Assembly (NCBI RefSeq): GCF_963921235.1
Contig: NC_086107.1
Location: forward strand, 100,876,001 to 100,940,000
DNA: 64,000 nucleotides
DNA from: Mobula hypostoma
Lineage: Eukaryota
Reading direction: 5' to 3'
Shown: positions 1 through 11,159 of the stretch, one piece after another
Layout: every line of letters starts with the position of its first letter
Position numbering within the stretch: position 1 is the first letter of the stretch
Made by a program: the position numbers and the translations under genes
Notes under the pieces: generated by a model
What the model was told of the DNA's origin: nothing
The model's database searches: none
Seen by the model: only the letters and a program-made list of their open reading frames with translations

Positions 1-518
1 CTCTGGTCTTCAAAGTTCTGTCTTGGATGTCCATTTGGGAAGACTTCAGGGTTAATGGCTCATCCTGTGTTGAATCACTGGTTTATGTTGAAGCTTCAGG
101 TCCCTTGGCCTTGGACCCTCTGTGGGTGTTGGTTAAGGAAAAAAATAAGAAAGAACACATTTGTATTTCAATAATGGATATATGAATGGGATACAGATGG
201 ATGTCTGTACACCTGTAGCATATGGTTCAGTAAATTAGTGAATTCACCATTTATTTTTTCTAATTGATCCACATGAGCTGGATGAAAGGCAGACAAGGCC
301 AAAGCAATTGTAGCACCAAAACACTCAGGACCATAAAGAGCAAAAGTTAATATTTTTCATCAAAGTACTGTACATATACTGTATGTCACTATATACATTT
401 TCTTGCAGGCATTCATAGTAGAACGATAGAATTAATAGAAAAACTTTACACATAGGTTGTCACACAATCAATGTGCAAATGAAGGCAAACTGCAAATACA
501 AAAAACCCTAATAAATAA

Positions 519-550
519 ATACATACATACATACATACATACATACATAC
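519..550. repeat. (TACA)n microsatellite
   Basis: Tandem TACA run read directly. Confidence 0.9.
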
Positions 551-994
551 TGAGAACACAAGTTGTAGAGTACTTGAAAGTGAGTCCATAGGTTGTGTTC
601 ACTGATCAGTTCAGTGTTGATGTGAGTGATGTTATCCACACTGGTTCAAGATCCTGATGGATGAAGGGTAATAACTTCCTGAACCTGGGACCTAAGGCTC
701 CTGTACCTGCTTGTCAGCAGCTAGAAGAAAGCATAGGCCTGGATGGTGGGGGTATCTGATGATGGACACTGCCCTTCCACCATCAGATTTCTGAATGGAC
801 AATGAACCCACAAATACTATCTTCGTATGTTTATTCCCTCCTTTTCTGCACTGGTTATTTAATGCTTTATATATATATATATAGTGCAATTTTTAGTTTT
901 CATTATTATGTATTACTACTGCTGCAAAACAACAAATTTCATTACATATGTCAGTGGCATTAAACCGGATTTTCATTCTGATTCTGACTGGGGT

Positions 995-1330
995 CCTGAC
1001 GTGAGGAAATCGAGGATCTAGTTGCACAAAGGGGTATCGAGGCCTCTGTGTTTGAGATTGATATGTTTTGGGAAGACGATGGTGTGAAATGCCGAGCTGT
1101 AGTCAATGAAGAGCATCCGGATGTAAGCACCTTCACTGTCCAAACGTTCCAGAACTGAGTAATGAATGGATGAAATGGCATCTACTGTTGATTTGTTGTG
1201 CCGGCTGGCAAATGGAGCAGACCCAAGTCTCTCCTCAGGTACGAATTGATATGTTTCATAACCAATCTCTCAAAGCACTTCTTTACAACAGTTGTTAGTG
1301 CTACGGAACGATAATCATTGAGGATTTTCA
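995..1330 (-). mobile_element. Rex1/Babar-type LINE RT fragment (degraded); further Rex1-type tail fragments at ~330-990
   Basis: ORF 1182..1373 contains [25 protein letters not shown], an RT-proximal motif; ATTCTGATTCTGA tail at ~975-987. Confidence 0.6.
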
Positions 1331-1689
1331 ACAAGAAGGTCCATGAGATGGAAGCACATAGAGAAAGAGTCACTTGGAAAGCTTCTTTTGATCATAGGAA
1401 TTTCTAAACTAATAATAAAATCTACTTAAATACAGTTTTTTTCTTAGTATTTGATTTTCAGTCACAATAGTTCTAATATTAAGTGTTAGTGAGTGGAACA
1501 TGCCTTAAGTGGGCTTAAAACAGAAACAGATGCTTAGACTGGTCTTTCTTTGCCTATTAAATAAGTTAATATGTTTAAATAATATCCTTTACTATTCTGG
1601 CTGTAAGGCGTTCTTTCATTTTATTAAACTGGTTCGACATAATTTGCAAGGTTCCACAAATGGTAAAAGGTGCTATTTGCTGAGGTAGT

Positions 1690-2075
1690 AGAAGCGGAAC
1701 GTTTGTACGGGGGACGGGGATTCCGCTCAGAGCTCGGGAGGATTTGTTTGCTGCTCATAGCAACGTGCGTTCCCGGGAGAGGGGAAGGGTAGGAGGAACG
1801 GGGGGAATGGCGCCGAGGAATGGCCGTGGCCCAGGCAGGGGTCGGAAACGCTGTGTGCTCACCTTCAGCGAGGAGGACAGGAGGTGAGGTTCGGGGAAGG
1901 GATGGGTAGATAGCGCCCAGCCCGGATGCGGGGCAGGAGCGCCGGCGATCCCCATTTAAACAGCACTGCAAGCCGAGGCGGGGTCTGTGGCTGCCCCGCC
2001 ACATCGTGCGAGCTCAGGCCCGCGGAGTAAGAGATGTCCATCTGGAGAGGGAAAAAAGACCCTTCCGTCCGTCTA
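1690..2075 (+). promoter_or_regulatory. CpG/GC-rich island over NOL12 promoter and exon 1
   Basis: Locally high GC and CpG density in a CpG-poor background, overlapping ATG 1807. Confidence 0.75.
1807..1883 (+). CDS. NOL12: Nucleolar protein 12 (RRP17 homolog), coding exon 1
   Basis: MAPRNGRGPGRGRKRCVLTFSEEDR+AG, then donor GTGAGG at 1884; resembles human ...RLVLSFDEEKRR; phase 2 matches exon 2. Confidence 0.88.
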
Positions 2076-2492
2076 ATCTGAATTGATCCACTTAATCAAG
2101 CCAGAATACTGCAGAGCACTCCGTAGGCCTTCTCATTAACATCATCATCATCAGGGCCGTGCCCAGTTTGAGCTTTGACTGCCATGGCCCACACACTCCT
2201 GTTTCGGGTCAAGTGGATCAATTCACTAGTATTAATTTCCAGTTCTCTGGCTGCTGTCTCCATCATCATTTGTCTTTGTCTTCCTCTTGCTTTCTTCCCT
2301 TCAATCTTTCCCATAATTACCGTGCATTCTAACTCCTCTTTCCTGATGACATGTCCAATGAAGTTACGTTGCCGTTTCATCATCTCATACATTTCTCTTT
2401 TTGTGCTTGCTCTGTTCATGACTTCCTTGTTAGATATTCGTTTCGTCCATGATATTCTTTGCATCCTCCTCAATAACCACATCTTTGCTGCT

Positions 2493-3523
2493 TCAAGCAA
2501 CACACATCAAAGTTGCTGGTGAACGCAGCAGGCCAGGCAGCATCTATAGGAAGAGGTACAGTCGACGTTTCGGGCCGAGACCCTTCGGCAGGACTAACTG
2601 AAGGAAGAGCTAGTAAGAGCTTTGAAAATGGGAGGGGGAGATCCGAAATGATAGGAGAAGACAGGAGGGGGAGGGATGGGGCCAAGAGCTGGACAGGTGA
2701 TTGGCAAAAGGGATATGAGATCATGGGACAGGAGGCCCAGGGAGAAAGAAAGGGGGAGCGGAGCCCAGAGGATGGGCAAGGGGTATAGTGAGAGGGACAG
2801 AGGGACAAAAAGAATGTATTTATATAAATAAATAACGGATGGGGTACGAGGGGGCGGTGGGGCATTAGCGGAAGTTTGAGAAGTCAATGTTCATGCCATC
2901 AGGTTGGAGACTACCCAGACGGAATATAAGGTGTTCCTCCAACCTGAGTGTGGCTTCATCTTTATAGTAGAGGAGGCCGTGGATAGACATATCAGAATGG
3001 GAATGGGACGTGGAATTAAAATGTATGGCCACTGGGAGATCCTGCTTTCTCTGGCGGAGAGATAATGGCATGAACATTGACTTCTCAAGCTTCCACTAAT
3101 GCCCCACCTCCCCCTCGTACCCCATCCGTTATTTATTTATATACACACATTCTTTCTCTCTCTCTCCTTTTTCTCCCTCTGTCCCTCTCACTATACCCCT
3201 TGCCCATCCTCTGGGTTTTCCCCCTGTCCCCCTTTTCATTCTCCCTGGGCCTCCTGTCCCATGATCCTCTCATATCCTTTTTGCCAATCAACTGTCCAGC
3301 TCTTGGCTCCATCCCTCCCCGCCTGTCTTCTATCATTTTGGATCTCCCCCTCCCCCTTCCACTTTCAAATCTCTTACTAGCTCTTCTTTCAGTTAGTCCT
3401 GATGAAGGGTCTCGGCCCGAAACGTCGACTGTACCTCTTCCTAGAGATGCTGCTTGGCCTGCTGCATTCACCAGCAACTTTGATGTGTGTTGCTTGAATT
3501 TCCAGCATCTGCAGAATTCCTCG
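2493..3523. mobile_element. Penelope-like element (PLE) remnant with two inverted arms (GIY-YIG C-terminus + pLTR), nested in the RTE
   Basis: ORF 2865..3077 (PVAIHFNSTSHSHSDMSIHGLLY...LEEHLIFRLGSLQPDGMNIDFSNFR); arms ~2493-3062 (-) and ~3065-3523 (+); TSD TCTTTGCTGCT at 2482-2492 and 3524-3534. Confidence 0.85.
3394..3431 (+). ncRNA. Minimal type I hammerhead ribozyme, intact core
   Basis: UAGUC-CUGAUGA-A-GGGU(CUCG)GCCC-GAAA-C-GUC^GACUG; stem I UAGUC/GACUG; predicted cleavage after 3426. Confidence 0.8.
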
Positions 3524-5531
3524 TCTTTGCTGCTACAATTCGTTTCCTCATGTTACTAGATATTGTCCAACATTCTGATCCATATAACATAACTGGATAA
3601 ACGTAACATTTCAGTACTCTGAGGCGGGTTGTCATGTCTAGTTTAGTATTGGTCAGTATACTCTTCATTCTTGTAAAGGTGTCTTTTGCCATCCCTATTC
3701 TTCTTTTGATGTCCATGTCACACCTGCCATCTGATGTCACCCAGCTTCCTAAATAGCAAAAGTTCTGTACTTGTTTTATGTCTTCCCCGTTTATTTTCAG
3801 CCTGCAGATAGGATTCTCCTTTTTGGATATCACCATACATTCTGTCTTTTTGCAATTGATAGATAGACTCATTTTTGCACTTTCTTCAACAACTATATCA
3901 ATTAAGTTTTGTATTTCTTCCTCCGTACTTGCAAATAACACAGTGTCATCTGCATATCTGAAATTATTGATGTTTTCACTGCTAACTTTGATTCCCAAGA
4001 TGTCTCTTATATTTTGTAATATTGTTTCGCTGTACACATTAAACAAATCGGGGAGAAAACACACCCTTTTCTAACGCCTCTCTTGATTTTAATTAACTGA
4101 CTTCTCCATCTGTTCTTACAGCGGCAGTTTGTTCCCAGTACAGATTTCTGATTAGGTGGAGGTTTTTCGAATCTAGATCTAGAGTTTCTGTAATATTTCA
4201 AATAACTTATTGTGCTTCACTTTATCAAATGCTTTTGTGTAGTCGATAAAACAAACAATCTTTTTGCACGTGAATAGCTCGTTCTGATAGTATCCTTAAC
4301 ATCAATATCACGTTTCTTGTACCTTTGTCTTTCACAAAACCACATTGTTCTTTATCTATTTCAGCTTGTATCTTACTTTTAGCTCTTGTCATCAAAATTC
4401 TTAGAAGTATCTTACTGATATGACTCATTAAACTATGGTCCTATGTAATTCACATTCTTTTGCTCCAGGTTTCTTAGGAAGAGTGATAAATCCTGGTTTT
4501 ACAATTCCATAATTTTCAAGGACAATAATTAGTTCTATTACTAATTCATCAGGACCTGCTGCCTTTCCTTTCTTCATCTTATTTGTTGCATTACGAACTT
4601 CAGCTTTTAAAATACTTGGACTTTCAATGTTCTTCTTAATTCCTGGTTCTTTGCCTCGATCGTCTTCAAACAATTCCTGAATATACTCAGTCCATCTGTT
4701 CATAATCTCATCTTTTTCCATCATAATGGTACCGCCCTTTGCTTTCAAACATCCACCTGAAGAACAGAGGAGCTTTTTACCAGTTATATTCTAGATTTGT
4801 TATGTACCGTTTTTCGATCAGTAATAGGGATTCTTTCTAGTTGCTCACATTCCTGGTTTAACCATTCTTCTTTGGCTTTTTGATATAAGCGTTTAATTTT
4901 TTTATCTAAGAACTTATATTCCATAGGATTTGCTTTCTTCCGTCTCCTTTCTTCCATTAGATTTTTGATTTCATCTGTCATCCATTTATTCTTTGTACTT
5001 TTTTCTTTTTTAGGAATCATTGACTGTTGATTCTACCAAGGCATCCATCAGAGAGTTAAACTTAATTTCTACATGACTGCTATCATCTTCAACAGATTCT
5101 ATTTCTAGACTTTGAAATCTATTCCTTACTTCAATTGTAAATTTTTGTCTTAAGTTTTCTTCTTTAATTAATTGCGAGTAGTCAAAGCCTACTGGTCCTG
5201 GGTATGACTCTAAACTGCAACCGGTGATGAGGCTCTGATTTGGGACTTTCAGAGCTTTGGGGAAAGTGGAGTTACCCCTCAATCATTCATTGCTCCCAGG
5301 GCCACTGTGACCCGGAACGGTAGCACCTGCAAGGGTTCCTGCTCAGGATACGAGCAAAGGCCAACGGCAGATCCGGCAGGTTCAGTAACTGAACTTACGA
5401 CGGAGAAGGCAGATGAGCTACGACCTCAAGTGACAACGGCTATAGTACAGGCGGATGAACACTTGGGAAGAGAAATGGCGATTTCTTCAGTTCGCCCAAC
5501 GGAAGGCAATAGCAAACTACCGTTGTTAGAT

Positions 5532-5760
5532 TAAAAACGCAAACAAACAGGAATTCTGCAGATGCTGGAAATTCAAGCAATACACATCAAAGTTGCTGGT
5601 GAATGCAGCAGGCCAGGCAGCATCTCTAGGAAGAGGTACAGTCGACGTTTCAGGCCGAGACCCTTCGTCAGGACTAACTGAAGGAAGAGTGAGGACTGTA
5701 CCTCTTCCTAGAGATGCTGCCTGGCCTGCTGCGTTCACCAGCAACTTTGATGTGTGTTAT
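5532..5760. mobile_element. Short palindromic PLE pLTR insertion
   Basis: Inverted arms ~5532-5690 (-) and 5694-5758 (+); TSD CGTTGTTAGAT at 5521-5531 and 5761-5771. Confidence 0.85.
5639..5676 (-). ncRNA. Minimal type I hammerhead ribozyme, intact core
   Basis: Reverse complement reads UAGUC CUGACGA A GGGU CUCG GCCU GAAA C GUC GACUG. Confidence 0.72.
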
Positions 5761-7109
5761 CGTTGTTAGATACTAGGTTTCCTAGAATCTATTTGCTAAG
5801 AAAACCATGGTCAAACTCACAAAATGTATCGCACAACAACAGCGTCAAGAGGATCTTCAAGACAATTCTGAAGGTGCTTCGCTCGGTAGAGTTGATTCTG
5901 GGCAGCAGCGGATCCCCGACCGTCATCAAACTACTGCTCATAAAATAGGCCTTCTGCAAGTTAGGAAATAATGACCGCGCTTCAGAAATGGTAGATGCAA
6001 ATGTTTAATAGACGGACAGAACCCCAAGGAGGGAAACATTTTTCCTGACCACATAAAGGGCTATTTGGGTTACAGAATCTAGGGTGGATCTCCCCGCAGT
6101 CCTCTCGGTTGCATTTCACATTTACCCTCTAGTAATCAATTCTCTCTGGTATATTTACCCACCACTCATCGGCACTTCGTGGCAAGTTAAATGATGAATG
6201 CCCTCAGCTTGAATGGTCGACTCCCCCCCGCCCCCCCAATGTTGTTGAGTTCCTTCAGCATTTTCTGTATGTTGCTGAAGATTTCCAGCATCTGCAGACT
6301 CTGTGTTTGAACCTAACTTGCATGTCTAGAGTACCTGAAGTAAACGTGCGCATTCACAGGAGGATTGCTGAATGAGTGGTTGAAGCTTGGTTGCTCACTG
6401 TAGATCAAGACCATGTATCTTAGCCATGGAGGGCCATTGACCAATGGGGTTAACACGGAAAGGTGCCCACTAGTGTGGGTCAGATGGGCAGAATGACTTA
6501 TTTCCTTGCTGCATGATTCGAATAACGTGCAATCTTCACAGTTGATAGAATGGCCAGTGTACTGACTGGGGTTGGTGACTTTTCATCATGGCAGATTTGG
6601 TTACGGTTATTCAGCTGAATGCGAGTGGAAATATGAATGGCCATTGACTGGTGATTTGCTTCTTGTGGATGTACAAACGTAACTTGGCATTATCAGCTGA
6701 AATCTTCATCTAAAGGTGACCAAAAAATTCAAATTCCTGAGGTAAAGTGACAACGATGGACAGCAGCTTTTGACTGACTTGAGGTATCAAGGAACTTTGG
6801 TGAAACTAAAATGAATAGGAATTGAAAACTCCATACCTCGTGCAACGATTACCGTGGCTGCTGAAGGATCGGTCACTGATCCCCTGGAGTTTCCTCATCC
6901 TGACCATCCTCTGTTGCCTCATATTGTATGGGTCTTGTTTCATGAGCACACACTTGTTCAAAAGTTGCAAATTGTTTTGGAAACATCTCTTCTGACCTTA
7001 TGATGGAAGGCAGATATTTAATTATTTGGACATTGACACATGTGTTGAATGTTCTCTGTCTTCCCTCTCCATATTTTTCTGATCATCATCTTGCCACCTC
7101 TCCCCCACA

Positions 7110-7523
7110 AGACCATAAGATATAGAAGCAATTAGGCCATTTGGTCCATTAAGTCTGCTCCACAATTTCGTGGCTGATCCAGTTTCCCTCTGAGCCCTAA
7201 TCCCCTGCCTTCTCCCTGTATCCCGTCATGCCCTGACCAGTCACAAATTTATCAGGGTAAATATACGTAAAGACTTGACCTCCACAGTTGCCTGGGGCAA
7301 CGAAGTCCACAAATTCACCACTCTCCGGCTAAAGAAATCCCTCCTCATCTCCAACCTAAAAGGACGTCTGTCTATTCTGGGATTGTGTCCTTTGGTCTTA
7401 AACTCTTCCACCAAAGGAAACACCCTCTCCACATCCACTCTATCAAGGTCTTTCACTATTCGATATGTTTCAATGAGGTCACCCCTCATTCTTCTGAATT
7501 CTAGTGAATACAGGCCCAGAGCC
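7110..7523 (-). mobile_element. CR1 LINE 3' fragment
   Basis: ORF 7241..7525 LGLYSLEFRRMRGDLIETYRI...FFSRRVVNLWTSLP, the CR1 ORF2 C-terminus. Confidence 0.8.
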
Positions 7524-8078
7524 AATGGACATTGAACCCATGAACACTACCTCGCTATAAAAATATATATGTGTGTCTCTGTGTGTTTACTGGTTTATTT
7601 ATATTTTAATATGTATTGCAGTGTACTGTTGTCGCATAACAACAAATTTCACGATATATGACAGTGATATTAAATTTGATTCTGATTACTTTCACAGATG
7701 AACCCGGCACCCATCTTTGTTTTCTCAGTAAGACACTTGCCACTCCTCCCCTAATTTCCTCACACTTGTTGCAACCTTAATCTGATCTAAAAGCACTAAC
7801 TTCCAAATTTCCACATTCCACAGTGGCGAGAGGCTGTTGAGAAATGACATTTGTGCTGGCCTTTTCAAGGTCCTTGTCAGTGATGAAATGTCCAAGCCTC
7901 AGCTGTATGAAGGGTCTCGGCCCGGAGAATCGACTGTTTACTCTTCTCCATAGATGCTGCTTGGCCTGCTAGGCTGCTTCAGATTTTTGTGCGTGTACAG
8001 GTGCTCTAACATGATTGTAAATTAGTTTCAATTTCTTGACCCTTTTTGACAGTTAGCTTTTGCTATTTTGTATTGAAG

Positions 8079-8184
8079 GGAGTTTCTAACTGGCTTTCAT
8101 AAGCGAAAGGTGGAGAGAAAGAAAAAGGCCTTGGAAGAAATTAAAAAGAAACTGAAGGAGGAACACAAACGTGTGAAGGAGGAG
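8079..8184 (+). CDS. NOL12: NOL12 coding exon 2
   Basis: [44 protein letters not shown]; 106 nt; LTGFHKRK is the NOL12/Nop25 signature. Confidence 0.97.
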
Positions 8185-8460
8185 GTGAGAAAGCATTAAT
8201 TCTACCAGGTAGCCAAGTAACAGAAATGTGAAAACATTTGGTTTAATATTCCCCTTTGGTACCTTCAATTGAACCTTATGACCAACATATAGTATTGAAA
8301 TCTTTGGAATCAGTGGTATTGCTTTCATGACAAAATTACATTGCTTAATCAAAATCTGATGCTGATTCACACAAAGTAATATTCACCCAGAATTTGTGGT
8401 CAGCAGCAAAGCGGGTATGCTAAGGGAAGCCAGTACCAGAGGTTGTGGAGGTATTATTTA

Positions 8461-10620
8461 TGACCATAACCCAGTAGTATGTCATGTAAAAATAAAACTT
8501 AAAAAACTAAAGAAGCAAAAACCTAAACAATCCCTTGACTACTTGCAATTGATTGAAGAAGAAAACTTAAGACCAAAATTTACAATTGAAGTAAGGAATA
8601 GATTTCAAAGTCTAGAAATAGAATCTGTTGAAGATGATAGCAATCACGTAGAAATGAAATTTAACTGTCTAAAGGATGCCTTGGTAGAATCAGCAAAGTC
8701 AGTGATTCCTAAAAAAGAAAAAAGCACAAAGAATAAATGGATGACAGATGAAATCAAAAATCTAATGGAAGAAAGGAGACGGAAGAAAGCAAATCCTATA
8801 GAATATGAGTCCCTAAATAAAAAAAGTTAAAAGCTTATGTCAAAAAGCCAAATAAGAATGGTTAAACCAAGAATGTGGGCAAATAGAAAGAATCCCTATT
8901 ACTGATCCAAAAAGGGTACATCAACAAATCAAGAATATCACTGGTAAAAAGCTCCTCTGTTCTTCAGGTGGATGTTTGAAAGCAAAGGACGGTACCATTA
9001 TCATGGAAAAAGATGAGATTATGAACAGATGGACTGAGTATATTCGGGAATTGTTTGAAGGCGAAAAACCAGGAACTAAGAAAAACATTGAAGGTCCAAG
9101 TATTTTAAAATCTGAAGTTCGTAATGCAATAAATATGATGAAGAAAGGAAAGGCAGCAGGTCCTGATGAATTAGCAATAGAACAAATTATCACCCTTGAA
9201 GATTATGGAATTGAAAATCTTGCTGATTAAATCACTGACGTTTATGAGACTGGAATAATACCAGAAGAGATGAAAAAAATCAGTATTTATCACTCTTCCT
9301 AAGAAACCTGGAGTAGTAGAATGTGAATTACATAGGATCATAAGTTTAATGAGTCATATCACCAAGATACTTCTAAGAATTTTGATGACAAGAGCTAAAA
9401 GTAAGATACAAGCTGAAATAGATAAAGAACAATGTGGTTTTGTGAAAGACAAAAGAACAAGAAAGACAATATTGATGTTAAGGATGCTATCAGAACGAGC
9501 TATTCAAGTGCAAAAAGATTTGTGTGTTTGTTTTATTGACTACACAAAAGCATTTGATAAAGTGAAGCACAATAAGTTATTTGAAGTATTACAGAAAACT
9601 CTAGATCTAGATTCGAAAGACCTCCGCCTAATCAGAAATCTGTACTGGAAACAAACTGCTGCTGTAAGAATAGATGGAGAAGAGAGTCAGTTTACGAAAA
9701 TCAAGAGAGGTGTGAGACAAGGGTGTGTTTTCTCCCCTGCTTTATTTAATGTGTACAGTGAAACAATATAAAAAATAAGAGACATCTTGGGAATCAAAGT
9801 TGGTGGTGAAAATATCAATAATTTCAGATATGCAGATGACACTGTGTTAATTGCAAGTACAGAGGAAGAACTACAAAACTTAATTGATATAGTTGTTGAA
9901 GAAAGTGCAAAAATGGGTCTATCTATCAATCGCAAAAATACAGAATGTATGGTGATATCCAAAAAGAAGGAGAATCTTATCTGCCGGCTAAGAATAAACG
10001 GGAAAGACATAAAACAAGTACAGAACTTTTGCTACTTAGGAAGCTGGGTGACATCAGATGGCAGGTGTGACATGGACATCAAAAGAAGAATAGGGATGGC
10101 AAAAGACACCTTTACGAGAATGAAGAGTATATTGACCAATACTAAACTAGGCATGACAACCCGTCTCAGAATACTGAAATGTTACGTTTATCCAGTTATG
10201 TTATGTGGCTCAGAATGTTGGACAATATCTAGTAACATGAGGAAACGAATTGTAGCAGCAGAGATGTGGTTTTTGAGGAGGATGCAAAGAATATCATGGA
10301 CGAAACGAATATCTAACAAGGATGTCATGAACAGAGCAAACACAAAAAGAGAAATAATGTATGAGATCATGAAAAGGCAACGTAACTTCATTGGATATGT
10401 GATTAGGAAAGAGGAGTTAGAATGCACAGTAATTATGGGAAAGATTGAAGGGAAGAAAGCAGGAGGAAGACAAAGACAAATGATGATGGAGACAGCAGCA
10501 AGAGAACTGGAAATGAATACCAATGAATTGATCCACTTGACCTGAAACAGGAGTGTGTGGGCCATGGCAGTCAAAGCTCAAACTGGGCACGGCACCTGAT
10601 GATGATGATGATGATGATGA
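8461..10620 (+). mobile_element. RTE-clade LINE, 5'-truncated, same family as 2134-5945
   Basis: ORF pieces 8396-10545 with RT motifs (FIDYTKAFDKV, RGVRQGC, RYADD); (GAT)n tail 10598-10621; TSD ATTATTTA at 8453-8460 and 10620-10627. Confidence 0.92.
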
Positions 10621-10794
10621 TTATTTACAGATCCTCCACATGCTTTTGAACACCCAGCTAAGGTACAGTCTGTACAAACAAGTGAGTGTTTGGGACAACG
10701 GTGGGATCAATCTGCTGATGCTGCAAGGCTGCGATCATCTGTAATATTTCAAAAATATTATTTATTGAAATATAAGTAATACTTATTAACTTAG

Positions 10795-11080
10795 GTGGCG
10801 TGGTAGTGTAGCAGTTGGCAAAACACTTTACAGTACCAGCAATCCGGGTTCAGTTCCGGCTGCTGTCTGTAATGAGTTTGCATGTCTTCCCTATGACCAC
10901 GTGGGTTTCCTCCGGGCGCTCCAATTTCCTCCAACAGCCCAAAGACATACCGGTTAGTAGGTTAATTGGTCATTGTAAATTGTCCCATGATTAGGCCAGG
11001 ATTAAATCGGGATTGCTGGGTGGCTTGGCTCAAAGGGATGGAAGGGCTAATTGCATGCTGTATCCCAATAAATAAAACAT
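10795..11080 (+). mobile_element. tRNA-derived SINE; related copies at ~30880-31130(-), 38400-38680(+), 48120-48330(-), 51300-51510(-), 52745-53020(+)
   Basis: A-box/B-box-like head (GGTAGTGTAGCAGTT...GGGTTCAGTTCC), GTGGGTTTCCTCCGGG core and A-rich tail. Confidence 0.7.
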
Positions 11081-11159
11081 CTATATACAAAAAAGAATCA
11101 GAGTAATACTTCTACATTCATGTTCATACTCATTAGTGTTAACTTAAATGATTTTAGAG

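Larger units (their letters stand above)
2134..5945 (-). mobile_element. RTE-clade LINE: 3' body on - strand (2134-~5187), inverted 5' segment (~5188-5945), two nested Penelope-like insertions
   Basis: RT ORF pieces (NNFRYADDTVL in 3468..4064; 4225-5020; 2096..2503); (CAT)n tail at ~2134-2152; TSD TAGGCCTTCT at 2124-2133 and 5946-5955. Confidence 0.88.

Noticed and set aside
1624..2004. 126-aa minus-strand ORF over the CpG island
   Set aside because: Antisense shadow of GC-rich NOL12 exon 1; no recognisable protein or splice structure.
3077..3559. 160-aa ORF and recurring MLVNAAGQAAS... ORFs
   Set aside because: Incidental translations of the non-coding PLE pLTR repeat.
9349..10545. RT ORFs as a functional gene, retron or prokaryotic-type system
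   Set aside because: 5'-truncated RTE LINE with stops and frameshifts, a (GAT)n tail and TSD in a eukaryotic intron.
10795..10870. tRNA gene
   Set aside because: Degenerate A/B boxes fused to a SINE body; no full cloverleaf.
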